From NCBI GenBank assembly GCA_900753165.1, contig CAADYC010000089.1, positions 13,371-77,370 of the forward strand: a stretch of 64,000 nt of DNA, written 5' to 3'. Shown piece after piece: positions 1-11,323 of this stretch (within the stretch, counting starts at the first letter, position 1; each line of letters begins with the position of its first letter). Under the pieces are notes generated by a model, which saw only the letters and a list, made by a program, of their open reading frames with translations, searched no databases and was not told the origin of the DNA. The DNA is from Clostridia bacterium. GTDB lineage: Bacteria; Bacillota; Clostridia; TANB77; CAG-508. The position numbers and the translations under genes were made by a program.

Positions 1-753
1 AAAAATGAAGATGAAAGACCTGATGGTGTAATTGCAGTAATTCAAGATATTACTGAACATGTAAAACTTGACAATATGCAAAAAGAATTGGTAGCTGATG
101 TATCACATGAATTAAAAACGCCAATAACATCAATAATGGGGTATGCAGATACACTTTTAGAAGGTGGATATGATGAAGAAACACAAAATAAATTTTTAAA
201 TGTCATAGCGTCAGAATCTAGAAGAATGGCACGTTTGGTAACTGATTTACTAACACTTTCTAGATATGATAGTAATAAAAAGAAAACTCAAAAAGAAACT
301 TTTGACTTAGGTGATTTGGTTAAAAGATGTCAAGAAAAATTGGCTATTGAGATAAAGAAAAAAGGGCATACAGTAAATTCTTTTGTTACAGCAGATGTTC
401 CACCTGTGTATGCTGATAAAGATGATATAGAACGTGTTGTTTTAAATATTTTGACAAATAGTATCAAATATACGCCAGATAATGGTGAAATAAAGATTTA
501 TGTTGGTTTTGTTTATAATGATGCATATATAAAAGTATTTGATAATGGTATAGGTATTCCAGAAGATGATTTATCTAGAATTTTTGAGAGATTTTATAGG
601 GTTGATAAGGCTCGTACTAGAGAAATGGGGGGTACAGGATTAGGACTTTCAATTGCTAAAGAAATTTTGGATAAAAATGGTGGAAGTATTGATATTAAGA
701 GTGAAGTTGGAAAAGGTACAGAAGTTGTTATTCGTATTCCAACTAAACAATAA
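1..753 (+). CDS. Sensor histidine kinase, C-terminal part (5' end outside window)
   Basis: Frame-1 translation open from base 1. H-box NMQKELVADVSHELKTP, then HATPase_c motifs (DNGIGIP, GGTGLGLSIAKEI). Confidence 0.85.
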   Translation, partial: KNEDERPDGVIAVIQDITEHVKLDNMQKELVADVSHELKTPITSIMGYADTLLEGGYDEETQNKFLNVIASESRRMARLVTDLLTLSRYDSNKKKTQKETFDLGDLVKRCQEKLAIEIKKKGHTVNSFVTADVPPVYADKDDIERVVLNILTNSIKYTPDNGEIKIYVGFVYNDAYIKVFDNGIGIPEDDLSRIFERFYRVDKARTREMGGTGLGLSIAKEILDKNGGSIDIKSEVGKGTEVVIRIPTKQ

Positions 754-871
754 AAAAATTGGGATTAGAAGGTTAATTGATCTTTTAATCCTGTTTTTTT
801 GATCACTAAATTAGAAATTAAAGTTTGTATGCCTAAAATTTTTTGATGAGTGATATGTGAATAAATATAAG

Positions 872-1402
872 TTAGTTAATAATTCCAAATAGTTTGCTAA
901 TAGGGTCCATAAATAATCCAATTTTAGGAGGGTAATAAGTAAAAACAACAAAGCAAGTAAATAAAATTAGAATGAATAACAGTACTATATAAGTATTGCA
1001 TTTAAAATCTGACATCAAAATTTTGAAAGATATAAATTCTCCTAAAATAACAGCAACGAAAAATATACTAATATCAACAAAAGCAAAATTTGTACCAACT
1101 ATGCCAGTATAAGTGTAGAAAAAAGTTATTGTAAATAAGATTGCAGTCAAAATACTTAATAATCTAGCACACAAAAAATTAGATGAATTATTTCCAATAT
1201 AAAAATATCCAATTACAGTAGTTAAAAACATAGGGAAGAACAATAATTTTAAGTGCTCCCAGGTACTTTCATTAACAGCACTAAATGATGCGATAAAAAT
1301 ATTATTTCCGGACCATTCATATGTAAAATGTAAAAGTGTTCCCAAAATCATAACAAAAATACTACTAAAAATCGTAAATTTTAAAATATTATTTTTTTTC
1401 AT
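872..1402 (-). CDS. Polytopic membrane protein, function unknown
   Basis: Hydrophobic ORF with multiple predicted TM helices. Start taken at MKKNNILKF, which has a GGAGGT RBS 6 nt upstream. Confidence 0.5.
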   Translation of the reverse strand: MKKNNILKFTIFSSIFVMILGTLLHFTYEWSGNNIFIASFSAVNESTWEHLKLLFFPMFLTTVIGYFYIGNNSSNFLCARLLSILTAILFTITFFYTYTGIVGTNFAFVDISIFFVAVILGEFISFKILMSDFKCNTYIVLLFILILFTCFVVFTYYPPKIGLFMDPISKLFGIIN

Positions 1403-1517
1403 GATATACCTCCAATACATTATATTAAAAAATAAAATTTATAATACATATTTATTGATAATTCTTCTAATTTAATGTATAATATACAAGATAAAAAAAG
1501 TTAGGAGATAGATACAA

Positions 1518-2156
1518 ATGAATGAAAAAGTAAAAGATATATTAGAATGGATTTATTGTATAATAATAGCAATAGTATTAGCATTATTATTTAGATATTT
1601 TATAGGAACACCAACAATAGTAAAACAAGTATCAATGTATCCAACATTAGTACAAGACCAAAGATTATGGCTTAATAGATGGGGAAGAACAACAAAAAAA
1701 TTACCTAATAGAGGTGATATAATAACATTTGAGGCACCAAGCAAAAAAACATATACATATAGTGAAATTGATCAATCTAATCCAGTAGCAAAATATGAAA
1801 ATGAACCAACTTCTTTTTGGGGTAAATTTACATATCATGTGTTAGAAATAGGAAAAGATAGTTATATTAAAAGAGTTATAGCATTGCCAGGTGAACATGT
1901 TGAAATTAAAGATGGAAAAGTTTATATAAATGGAGAAAGATTACAAGAAGATTATCTTCAAAGTGGTATTGTTACAGATTTAATGGGAGCAGGATTTGAA
2001 GATTTTGTGGTTCCAGAAAATTATGTGTTTGCAATGGGTGATAATAGAAATCATAGTACAGACTGTAGAGCTTTCGGATGTATTCCATTAGAAAAAATTG
2101 AAAGTAAAGTTTGGATAAGAATCTGGCCATTAAATCTATTTGGAAAAGTAAAATAA
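1518..2156 (+). CDS. lepB: Signal peptidase I (S26 family)
   Basis: N-terminal TM anchor. S26 boxes: SMYPTL and GDNRNHSTDCRAFG. Confidence 0.85.
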   Translation: MNEKVKDILEWIYCIIIAIVLALLFRYFIGTPTIVKQVSMYPTLVQDQRLWLNRWGRTTKKLPNRGDIITFEAPSKKTYTYSEIDQSNPVAKYENEPTSFWGKFTYHVLEIGKDSYIKRVIALPGEHVEIKDGKVYINGERLQEDYLQSGIVTDLMGAGFEDFVVPENYVFAMGDNRNHSTDCRAFGCIPLEKIESKVWIRIWPLNLFGKVK

Positions 2157-2217
2157 AAATATAAGAGTCTTACTTAGATATTTTTTATAAAAAACAATAA
2201 TAAAAACAGGAGATAGG

Positions 2218-3108
2218 ATGTTTAATAATATATTAGGAAATGATAATATAAAAGAATTATTAATAAATGCAATAAAAAACAATAAAACATCACACAGTTA
2301 TATGTTTGTTGGTACAGAAGGAATTGGTAAAAAATTAATAGCAAAAGAATTTGCAAAAATGATTTTATGTACTGATGAAAATAAATACTGTGGCAAGTGT
2401 AAATCTTGTATTGAATTTGATAGTGATAATAATCCGGATTTTCGAATAATTGAACCAGATGGAAATAGTTTGAAAATAGAGCAAATAAGAGAATTTCAAA
2501 ATAAAGTTGCAGAAAAACCTATCATATCAAATAGAAAAGTTTATATAATAAATGATAGTGATAAAATGACAACAGAAGCTCAAAACTGTTTACTAAAAAC
2601 ATTAGAAGAACCACCAGAATTTGTTACTATAATTCTTATAGGTTCAAATGAAAGTGCATTTTTGGATACTATAAAATCAAGATGTATGATATTGCGTTTT
2701 AACAAAATATCAGATGAAAATATTGTGAAATTTTTAGAAGAAAATTATCAAACTAAAGTAAATAGTCAAATTATGTTAGAAGCATTTCAAGGAAGTATTG
2801 GAAAGGCTATTCAACTTCAAGATAAACAAGAAGAATATGAACAAATAGAAAATGTTATTGTTAATTTAGAAAATAGAGATAAAATAGATACATTAAATAA
2901 AGCCGAGGTTATCTATAAGGCTAAAGATGAAAAGTTTGAAATTTTGGACTATATAAATATAATTTTATTAGATTTGGCAAAGAAATCTAGTAAGTATGCA
3001 AGTTGTATAAATATTGTAGAAGATACTAAAAGAAGATTGCAATCTAATGCAAATTATGATATGAGTATTGATAATATGCTTCTTAAATTATGGGAACAAG
3101 CAAATTAA
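2218..3108 (+). CDS. holB: DNA polymerase III delta-prime subunit
   Basis: AAA+ clamp-loader motifs: GTEGIGKK Walker A, CGKCKSC zinc module, DxxD, SRC-like box. Synteny holB-yaaT. Confidence 0.85.
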   Translation: MFNNILGNDNIKELLINAIKNNKTSHSYMFVGTEGIGKKLIAKEFAKMILCTDENKYCGKCKSCIEFDSDNNPDFRIIEPDGNSLKIEQIREFQNKVAEKPIISNRKVYIINDSDKMTTEAQNCLLKTLEEPPEFVTIILIGSNESAFLDTIKSRCMILRFNKISDENIVKFLEENYQTKVNSQIMLEAFQGSIGKAIQLQDKQEEYEQIENVIVNLENRDKIDTLNKAEVIYKAKDEKFEILDYINIILLDLAKKSSKYASCINIVEDTKRRLQSNANYDMSIDNMLLKLWEQAN

Positions 3109-3199
3109 TGTTGTTGAGATTTGGAAGAGATTATATTAGAGTGAGAATTTTATAAAATACATATGATGGAAAATAATAATAAGGAAAGGAAAATTAAAT

Positions 3200-4126
3200 T
3201 TGAAAAATATAGTAGGAATAAGATTTAAAAAACTAGGAAAAATATATTTTTTTAATCCAAAAGGAATAAAAGTTCAAAAGGAAGATAAAGTAATAGTAGA
3301 AACAGCTCAAGGGGAAGAATATGCAGAGGTATGGATTCCTAACAGAAATGTTGAAGATGAAAAGATAGTAGCACCATTAAAGAAAGTGTTAAGAATAGCT
3401 ACAAATAAAGATATAAAAAGACATGAAGAATGCAAAGAAATAGAAAAAGAAGCATTCAAAGTGTGTGAGAAAAAAATCAAAGAACATAAACTAAATATGA
3501 CTCTTACAGAAGTTGAATGTAAATTTGATAATAGTAAAATGTTATTTTATTTTATTGCTGATGGAAGAGTAGACTTTAGAGAATTAGTAAGGGATTTAGC
3601 AGCAATTTATAAAACAAGAATTGAGCTACGTCAAATTGGAGTTAGAGATGAAGTTAAAAGAATAGGTGGAAACGGTGTCTGTGGTAGAGAATTATGCTGT
3701 TGTACATTTTTAAATGATTTTGAAGCAGTATCAATAAAAATGGCAAAAGAACAAAACATATCATTAAATCCATCAAAAATTTCAGGAAATTGTGGAAGGC
3801 TTATGTGTTGTCTAAAATATGAAAATGAAGTATATGAAGATAAACTTAAACATCTTCCAAATGTTGGAGCTATTGTTAGAACAGAAGATGGTATTGGAGA
3901 AGTAGATAATATCGAAATTTTAAAGGAAAAATTAAGAATAAAGTTTAAAGGTGAAGATGGTTATACATATAAAAAATATGATGTTAAAGATGTAATAATA
4001 ATTAAAGATGTTGCTAGAGAACAAATCGATGAAGAAGAAATTCAAAATAAGAAAGAATTAGAAGAACTTGAAAAGCTAGAGCAAGAAGATAAAAAAGTTT
4101 TAGGAGGTGAGAAGAATGGCATATAA
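3200..4126 (+). CDS. ricT: PSP1 domain protein RicT/YaaT (TTG start)
   Basis: PSP1 C-terminal Cys-rich motifs (CGRELCCCTF, CGRLMCCLKYE). Position immediately after holB, as in Bacillus. Confidence 0.8.
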   Translation: MKNIVGIRFKKLGKIYFFNPKGIKVQKEDKVIVETAQGEEYAEVWIPNRNVEDEKIVAPLKKVLRIATNKDIKRHEECKEIEKEAFKVCEKKIKEHKLNMTLTEVECKFDNSKMLFYFIADGRVDFRELVRDLAAIYKTRIELRQIGVRDEVKRIGGNGVCGRELCCCTFLNDFEAVSIKMAKEQNISLNPSKISGNCGRLMCCLKYENEVYEDKLKHLPNVGAIVRTEDGIGEVDNIEILKEKLRIKFKGEDGYTYKKYDVKDVIIIKDVAREQIDEEEIQNKKELEELEKLEQEDKKVLGGEKNGI

Positions 4127-4292
4127 AATTACAGATAAATGTATATCTTGTGGAGCTTGTGCTGCAGAATGTCCGGTAGGATGTATTTCACAAGGTGAAG
4201 ATAAATTTGTTATAGATGCATCAGCATGTATATCTTGTGGTACTTGTGCAGGAGTTTGCCCAGTTGAGGCACCAGTTGAAACGAACGACTAA
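4107..4292 (+). CDS. 2x[4Fe-4S] ferredoxin. Its 3' end is now supplied by the prophage attL junction.
   Basis: Two CxxCxxCxxxCP motifs. The last 17 nt lie beyond the attL core. Confidence 0.8.
   Translation: MRRMAYKITDKCISCGACAAECPVGCISQGEDKFVIDASACISCGTCAGVCPVEAPVETND
4256..4275. repeat. attL core: 20-bp TTGCCCAGTTGAGGCACCAG, identical to 43371-43390
   Basis: Exact 20/20 match between the two prophage ends. The left copy lies inside the ferredoxin C-terminal codons. Confidence 0.75.
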
Positions 4293-4334
4293 TTACCAAA
4301 CAAAGAAATATTAGAAATACAAGGGATTATACAT

Positions 4335-4370
4335 TAAAGAGATTACGAAAAAGTAATCTCTTTAATTTTT
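4335..4370. terminator. Hairpin plus T-run between ferredoxin and integrase 3' ends
   Basis: AAAGAGATTAC-gaaaaa-GTAATCTCTTT followed by TTAATTTTT. Confidence 0.5.
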
Positions 4371-5713
4371 CCATTTTCAATATATATTTTATCAATAATT
4401 TTTAACCAAAAAGTTCTTTTTTCTTCATCTGAAAATAAGCAATAAATTTTATATATATCTAAATTCATAATTTCTTTTAACTTTGAAGAGTCCCTTTGCG
4501 GAGTAGATATGGCTTCATTTTTCAATTCATTCATCTTTTTGTTTAAGCTTTCATAATCAGATCTGTATGTTTTTTTATCGATTAAATCGTCCAAATATAA
4601 ATCCTTAAGTTTTAATATTTTGTTTTCTATTCGTTTTATTTCATTTGAGTTATCATTTTTGGTAGTTTGATTAGAAATGACAACATTTGCATTGATGTAA
4701 TTTTTAGCGATGCTTTTAATATTATCTAATAAGTATTTTTCAATATATTCTTCTCTAATTAATTTATGATTGTCGCATTTGTATTCCATACTGCCGACTT
4801 TTCTCCTTGAAGCATTATCACAACAATATCTAATTAATTTTTTTGTGCTTCTATTGTCTTGCTTTTTACACATTCTAGTATTGCAAATACCACAGAAAAT
4901 TAATCCAGAAAACAGAGAAATATTAGATGTTTTTATACTTGTTTTTTCTCTTTTTTTAAATAGATTTTGAACCGAGTAGAACAAAGCATTGTTCATTATA
5001 TGTGGAATATAGTTGTCTATATAAATATTTTTTCTATACAATTTATATTTACCAATATATGATGTGTCATGTAAATAGTGTATCATTGCATCGTAACCTT
5101 TATTTTCAAAGTGTTGGATAAAATATTTATAGGTTTCTTTAAGATTACCATTATTATTAATAAATTCATTGTATAAATTTAAAATATTTTCGGCTTCTTT
5201 TTTATTTATTACAAATTTTTTATCAACTATATCATATCCATATTTTTTGGTTCCAGATGTAACTTCTCCTTTTTCTCTTTTATTTTGAAAGACAAATTTA
5301 ATTCTTTCAGATGTTTTACCGATTTCTCTTTGAGCAAGCGATACTTTTAAATTGAATATGAAAGTGCCATCTGCGGTAGAGGTATCAATATCATCTTCAT
5401 CTATTGCTTTCATTGTACATTTATTATCGATTAATAATTTATTTATATTATTTGCATCTAATACATTTCTGGATAATCTGTCCAATTTAGTAAATAATAT
5501 TATATCAAATACATTGCATTTACTTAACATTTCATTTAGTGCTTTTCTTTTTTTCATGGAAGAAGCAGAAATTCCTTCATCTATATAAAATTCATATTTA
5601 TATCCATTTTCTTTACAGTATTTTTCTAATGCATCTTTTTGTGCTTGTATAGAAAAACCAAATTTTGCCTGTTCATCTGTGCTTACACGGCAATAACAAG
5701 CTACATATTTCAT
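4343..5713 (-). CDS. Large serine recombinase (phage integrase)
   Basis: N-terminal resolvase catalytic domain (YCRVSTDEQ with the Ser nucleophile). Large recombinase and zinc-ribbon C-terminal region (CGICNTRMC..CC). 456 aa. Confidence 0.9.
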   Translation of the reverse strand: MKYVACYCRVSTDEQAKFGFSIQAQKDALEKYCKENGYKYEFYIDEGISASSMKKRKALNEMLSKCNVFDIILFTKLDRLSRNVLDANNINKLLIDNKCTMKAIDEDDIDTSTADGTFIFNLKVSLAQREIGKTSERIKFVFQNKREKGEVTSGTKKYGYDIVDKKFVINKKEAENILNLYNEFINNNGNLKETYKYFIQHFENKGYDAMIHYLHDTSYIGKYKLYRKNIYIDNYIPHIMNNALFYSVQNLFKKREKTSIKTSNISLFSGLIFCGICNTRMCKKQDNRSTKKLIRYCCDNASRRKVGSMEYKCDNHKLIREEYIEKYLLDNIKSIAKNYINANVVISNQTTKNDNSNEIKRIENKILKLKDLYLDDLIDKKTYRSDYESLNKKMNELKNEAISTPQRDSSKLKEIMNLDIYKIYCLFSDEEKRTFWLKIIDKIYIENGKIKEITFS

Positions 5714-5749
5714 AATAAAAACCTTCTTTCTAAAATTTTATTAAATTGC

Positions 5750-5779
5750 TTGAAAAAAGGTTTTAAAATATGCTATAAT
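5750..5779 (+). promoter_or_regulatory. Sigma-A-like promoter (TTGAAA, 18-nt spacer, TATAAT) pointing into the int-cI gap
   Basis: Hexamers read directly at 5750-5755 and 5774-5779. Confidence 0.4.
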
Positions 5780-5821
5780 AATAACATAAAGAGACCTTAT
5801 TTCAAGGAATTTTTATGGTTT

Positions 5822-5866
5822 GAGAAAATGCCGTGTCGCCAAACAGTAGCATTTTCTCTTTTTTAT
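5822..5866 (+). terminator. Rho-independent terminator, plus-strand oriented
   Basis: GAGAAAATGC...GCATTTTCTC 10-bp stem followed by TTTTTTAT on the plus strand only. Confidence 0.5.
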
Positions 5867-6528
5867 TTAAATTGATTTCTTTTTCTGGCTTCAACAACTT
5901 TACCAATAATTTTAACAGGTATTTTTTCCATATCTTCGCTAGAAAAATGTCTAACTGGATAATAAGGGTTCATAGCTATTAAATCTATTCCATCTTCCAT
6001 TCTAACGACCTTTTTTACAGTTGCTTCATCTCCGTTTATTAATACAATACAAGTATTACCACTTTCAAAGTCGTCTTGCTTATGTACTATTGCAATGTCT
6101 CCATTTGAAAATAACGGTTCCATACTGTCACCAGTTACTTGTAATGCATAATAGTTTTCTGGGTCAGAAGGAATATAATCTAAATATAATCGACCAATTT
6201 TATTCTCATCAGCTAAATAGTCATATCCAGCTTTAACTTTTCCTAAAATTGGAATTTGAAGTTGATTTAATTTAGATATAGGGGTAATGTTTAGTGAATT
6301 TAAATTTCTGTCCATAGGAACTTCATATCCCATTAACCAAATTTCATTTACATTTAAAGCATCAGCAAGTATAGTTAATTTGTCCTGCTTAGCATTCGCT
6401 TTACCAGATAAATATTTATTAATCAATGTTTTATCTAAGCCAGTTTTTTCGACTAAATTTACTTGTTTCATATTTTTAATAGTCATAGCTTTGTATAATC
6501 TATTTTGAAAAGTATCAATAGGCTTCAT
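5863..6528 (-). CDS. CI/LexA-like phage repressor (XRE HTH plus S24 peptidase)
   Basis: N-terminal HTH (QVNLVEKTGLDKTLINKYLSG). C-terminal S24 signature (GDSMEP..K). Transcribed divergently from cro. Confidence 0.85.
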   Translation of the reverse strand: MKPIDTFQNRLYKAMTIKNMKQVNLVEKTGLDKTLINKYLSGKANAKQDKLTILADALNVNEIWLMGYEVPMDRNLNSLNITPISKLNQLQIPILGKVKAGYDYLADENKIGRLYLDYIPSDPENYYALQVTGDSMEPLFSNGDIAIVHKQDDFESGNTCIVLINGDEATVKKVVRMEDGIDLIAMNPYYPVRHFSSEDMEKIPVKIIGKVVEARKRNQFK

Positions 6529-6626
6529 TTATACACCTCCACATTAATATTATACATAGAAATTGAAATAAAATCAATATATTTTTGTAAAAAATATAAA
6601 AAAGTTGAAAAAAATTCAAAAAAAGT

Positions 6627-6655
6627 ATTGACTTTTATTTTTTTATTTGATAATA
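6627..6655 (+). promoter_or_regulatory. Early rightward promoter (TTGACT, 17-nt spacer, TAATAT)
   Basis: Consensus-like -35 and -10 hexamers with a 17-nt spacer, immediately upstream of the cro-like gene. Confidence 0.6.
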
Positions 6656-6670
6656 TATGCACAACAAAAG

Positions 6671-6685
6671 TTGAAAATAATTCAA
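6671..6685. promoter_or_regulatory. Operator palindrome TTGAAAATAATTCAA, between the promoter -10 and the cro RBS
   Basis: Perfect 15-bp palindrome. A second identical copy sits at 6915-6929 and a relaxed copy at 6605-6619. Confidence 0.6.
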
Positions 6686-6700
6686 CAAAGGAGGTGCGAA

Positions 6701-6937
6701 ATGATTAAATATAATTTTGATAAGCTGAAAGGTAAAATAAAAGAAATTTATAATACACAAAATGACTTTGCAAAAGCAATGGATATTGCACCTAATACAC
6801 TTAGTGCAAAACTAAACAATCAATTTTATTTTTCTAGCGAAGAAATTAGTAAAGCAGTAGACTTATTACATATTAATCCAACTGATGCGTGGAATATTTT
6901 TTTTAATAAACAAGTTGAAAATAATTCAACAAAATAA
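6701..6937 (+). CDS. Cro-like small XRE-family HTH protein
   Basis: ATG at 6701 with a GGAGG RBS. 78 aa with an HTH-like segment (QNDFAKAMDIAPNTLSAKLNN). Confidence 0.6.
   Translation: MIKYNFDKLKGKIKEIYNTQNDFAKAMDIAPNTLSAKLNNQFYFSSEEISKAVDLLHINPTDAWNIFFNKQVENNSTK
6915..6929. promoter_or_regulatory. Second copy of the operator palindrome TTGAAAATAATTCAA, at the 3' end of cro
   Basis: Identical 15-mer 244 bp downstream of the first copy. Confidence 0.55.
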
Positions 6938-7070
6938 TGGCGACACGGTAAAAGAAAGGAAGTGATTATATGTGGATTACGAAAAAATTAACAGAGCATT
7001 AATGGAAATACTTGAAATAAAATATGATGTAAAAATTCAAAAAAAAGTAATTTTAAAGGAGGAAAATAAA

Positions 7071-7229
7071 TGAAAAGAACATGGAAAAATTTTAGATTAG
7101 ACAAAAATAAGGTTTACATGAGAATAGGACAAGCAACAGTATGTATTTTATTCAATTTATTATTATCAGTATTTTTTTATTGGGCATTCTTACAACGGAA
7201 TGACTTATTAGGAGGGAAAGAAAATTGAA
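7071..7229 (+). CDS. Small membrane protein (52 aa), hypothetical
   Basis: AGGAGG RBS. A single hydrophobic helix. Confidence 0.25.
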
Positions 7230-7299
7230 GAATAAAAATAAAGAACTATCGCAAAAAGATAATTCTTTTAAATATTTTTGGAAATTAACATTAATTGCA

Positions 7300-7475
7300 T
7301 TATTCTTTATTGGAATTAGTATTGTTTTTCTTACATATATCATCAGAGTAATTTTTTAGATTTGATATTTTAGTAAAAACAAAATGTATATAAAGAACAA
7401 GGGTAATAATACCGAATGCAAATGCAAATAAAAACAATAAAGTCATAAAAGCATCAAACCAAGAAAAATTCATAA
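7300..7475 (-). CDS. Small membrane protein (58 aa), hypothetical
   Basis: GTGAGGT RBS 7 nt upstream of ATG. One TM helix (LLFLFAFAFGIITLVLYI). Confidence 0.3.
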
Positions 7476-7543
7476 TAATAACCTCACTTTCGAGGATATT
7501 ATACAATAATTTACAAAATTTTACAAGAAAGGAGTTGAAAGAG

Positions 7544-7822
7544 ATGTTTAGAAAAACAAAAGAACTACAAAGTTTAGTTGATGCAAGTAGAGCAAATTTA
7601 AAAATTGCAGAAGACAAAATCAAAAAGATGAAAGAAAGTCAAGAAGAGTTAAGAAGTGAAATCGAAGAAGAACATTTAGAAAATTACAGAAATCACAGAA
7701 AACTATTAGCAATAAGAAAAGTATTACAAGAGCAAGATTACAACAATATTGATAACTTAAAGAAGAAAATAACAACAATACTAGATAAAAAAGAACTAGT
7801 CGACCTACCAAAATCAAACTAG
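7544..7822 (+). CDS. Hypothetical coiled-coil protein
   Basis: ATG 7544 with a GGAG RBS. Charged heptad-like sequence. Confidence 0.45.
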   Translation: MFRKTKELQSLVDASRANLKIAEDKIKKMKESQEELRSEIEEEHLENYRNHRKLLAIRKVLQEQDYNNIDNLKKKITTILDKKELVDLPKSN

Positions 7823-7898
7823 TTCAATCAAATATATAATAAAGATATTCTACTATTAGTATAACACTAATTTGTAGAGTTGTCAAAGGAGACTGAAA

Positions 7899-8180
7899 AT
7901 GAAATGTTATAGAAACATAACTACTGACGAGGTAGTTTATAAAGAAGAAGTAGAAGAATATGTACTAAGAAAGTTAGGATTAACAGTAACTCCACTTGGT
8001 AAAAATGGAGAAATGACACAATTACAACTTGAAAACATAGAAGAAACAATAAATTGGTTCTTTAGTGGGAATTGGACAGAAGAAGACATCTATGATGAAG
8101 ATGTTTCAGATTTAGAGTATGAGCTAGAACTAGCAGACAGAGAATATCAAGCAGGTTTAGATAGAAAATGGGGGGTATAA
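7899..8180 (+). CDS. Hypothetical acidic phage protein
   Basis: 93-aa ORF with a GGAG RBS. Confidence 0.45.
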   Translation: MKCYRNITTDEVVYKEEVEEYVLRKLGLTVTPLGKNGEMTQLQLENIEETINWFFSGNWTEEDIYDEDVSDLEYELELADREYQAGLDRKWGV

Positions 8181-8181
8181 A

Positions 8182-9755
<1,574 letters not shown>

Positions 9756-9767
9756 GAGGAAAAGAAA

Positions 9768-9998
9768 ATGAAAAAGATTATAGGAATTTTAATAGCAATT
9801 GTAGGAATTGTATTAGGAATATACGTGGGAATATGGTTAATGCTTGCAGGAGGAATAACGCAAATAGTTAATTCAGTAAATCCTGTAAATGGATTAGGAA
9901 TAGCATTTGGAATAGTAAGAATAATATTTTGTGGAATTGGAGGATTTATTGCTTGGTTAGGTGTAGTAATAGGTTCAGTAATTGGATTAAGTGATTAA
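9768..9998 (+). CDS. Small glycine-zipper membrane protein
   Basis: AGGAGG RBS. GxxxG-rich double TM. Confidence 0.5.
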   Translation: MKKIIGILIAIVGIVLGIYVGIWLMLAGGITQIVNSVNPVNGLGIAFGIVRIIFCGIGGFIAWLGVVIGSVIGLSD

Positions 9999-10065
9999 AA
10001 ATTAGACAACAGGGATAAGGCTAAAAATGTTTTATCCCTTATATTATACAAAAGGAGAAGACATT

Positions 10066-10630
10066 ATGAGTTATATAGATTTAATTAATGCCTTCGAGAA
10101 GTGGCTCGAAACAAATTATTTGCAAAGTTCGTCACAGTTATTGTGGTACAAGTTAATAGCATTATTCAATAAATGTCGGGTGGAGCGAATGGATTTCAGT
10201 AGATAACCATAGATTGATGAGTATTATGCAAATGAGTAGTGAAAAAACATTAATAAGATGTCGAGATAAATTAATAGAGAACAATTTATTCGAATATCAA
10301 AAAGGGACAAAGTCAAAACCTAACAGATACAAAATATGTACTGTAAATTTTGCAGTAAATAATAAATCTACTGTAAATAATACAGTAGATACGACAGTAA
10401 ATATGACAGTAGATGTGGGAGTAGATGTGTCCAACATAAATAGACTAGATAAAGATATTTATATTAATTTATTTAATAAATATAAAGCGGAAATCGAAAA
10501 ATGTCACGCTAATGAAAGAATAAGAATTATATCAGAATGCAAAAATTGTAACGAATATGCTTTATTAACACAAGAAGAACAAGAACAATTATTTATAGAT
10601 TTAATGAGTATAGATAAAAGATTTAAGTAG
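10066..10630 (+). CDS. Phage replisome organiser (DnaD-like N-terminal domain), interrupted at in-frame CGG 10177-10179
   Basis: LLWYKLIALFNKC then, in the +1 frame, GWSEWISVDNHRLMSIMQMSSEKTLIRCRDKLIENNLF matches the conserved N...GW...........LM...G.S..TL motif. Confidence 0.65.
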
Positions 10631-10646
10631 AGGAAGTGATAAAAAA

Positions 10647-10968
10647 ATGATTACAGCAGAAACAAGACAAATGAGTTTTAATGACATACAAGATAAAACA
10701 AAAATAAGATATATACAAATTTTAAATAGATTAGATAGACCTAAGACAGCTAAGGAATTGGCAGTAGAATTATTTGAATTAGGATTAACAAATACATCAG
10801 AAAGAAACACAACACGGGCCAAGACTAACAGAAATGGCAAAAATGGGATATGTAAAAGCAATAGGCAAAAAGAAATGTGAATATACAGGTAAAACAGTAG
10901 CAGTATATGAGAGGACACAAGCAGGATTTGAAACAATAAATTATCAACATATTCCAAGAATTGATTAG
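10647..10968 (+). CDS. Winged-helix transcriptional regulator, interrupted at in-frame CGG 10815-10817
   Basis: After a +1 step: ..NTTR PRLTEMAKMGYVKAIGKKKCEYTGKTVAVYERTQAGFE..., a coherent wHTH C-terminus. The zero frame ends in 10 junk codons. Confidence 0.55.
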
Positions 10969-10977
10969 GAGGCAATT

Positions 10978-11151
10978 ATGCAAGAAAAATGTAGTAAATG
11001 TGATAGTGAAAAACTATTTGTAGAAATAAAAGGAAATAGAAGAGGCTTGTATTGTTGCAAATGTGGAAAATGGCAAAAATGGATTACAAAGCAAGAATTA
11101 CAAATAGCAAAGTTTAAAGGATATAAAATTTTAGGAGGTAGTAATGGATAG
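10978..11151 (+). CDS. Zinc-ribbon microprotein (57 aa)
   Basis: CxxC...CxxC. RBS-like AGGAGG upstream. Confidence 0.35.
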   Translation: MQEKCSKCDSEKLFVEIKGNRRGLYCCKCGKWQKWITKQELQIAKFKGYKILGGSNG

Positions 11152-11323
11152 AGAGCAAATACTAGAAAGAATAAGAATAGAAATAGAAGCTTGTAAGAAA
11201 AATTCAATAGAACATATAGAAAAAGAAGAAATGGTGCCAGCAACAGAATATTTATTAACTATGAGAGATTTAAAAACTCAAGAATTAATATTAAAAAAGC
11301 AGGAACAACAAAATGAAGTATAA
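11144..11323 (+). CDS. Hypothetical 59-aa protein
   Basis: GGAGG RBS. Overlaps neighbouring genes as in a phage operon. Confidence 0.35.
   Translation: MDREQILERIRIEIEACKKNSIEHIEKEEMVPATEYLLTMRDLKTQELILKKQEQQNEV

Noticed and set aside
4770-5588. ORFs 4770-4970 and 5352-5588 on the plus strand inside the integrase gene
   Set aside because: Shadow ORFs antisense to a well-supported 456-aa recombinase. Low-complexity products, no RBS.
6938-6994. Tiny ORF ATG GCG ACA CGG TAA just after cro, with another in-phase CGG-stop
   Set aside because: Only 4 codons, and the +1 continuation is 13 codons of no recognisable content. This is likely coincidental and was not counted among the CGG sites.
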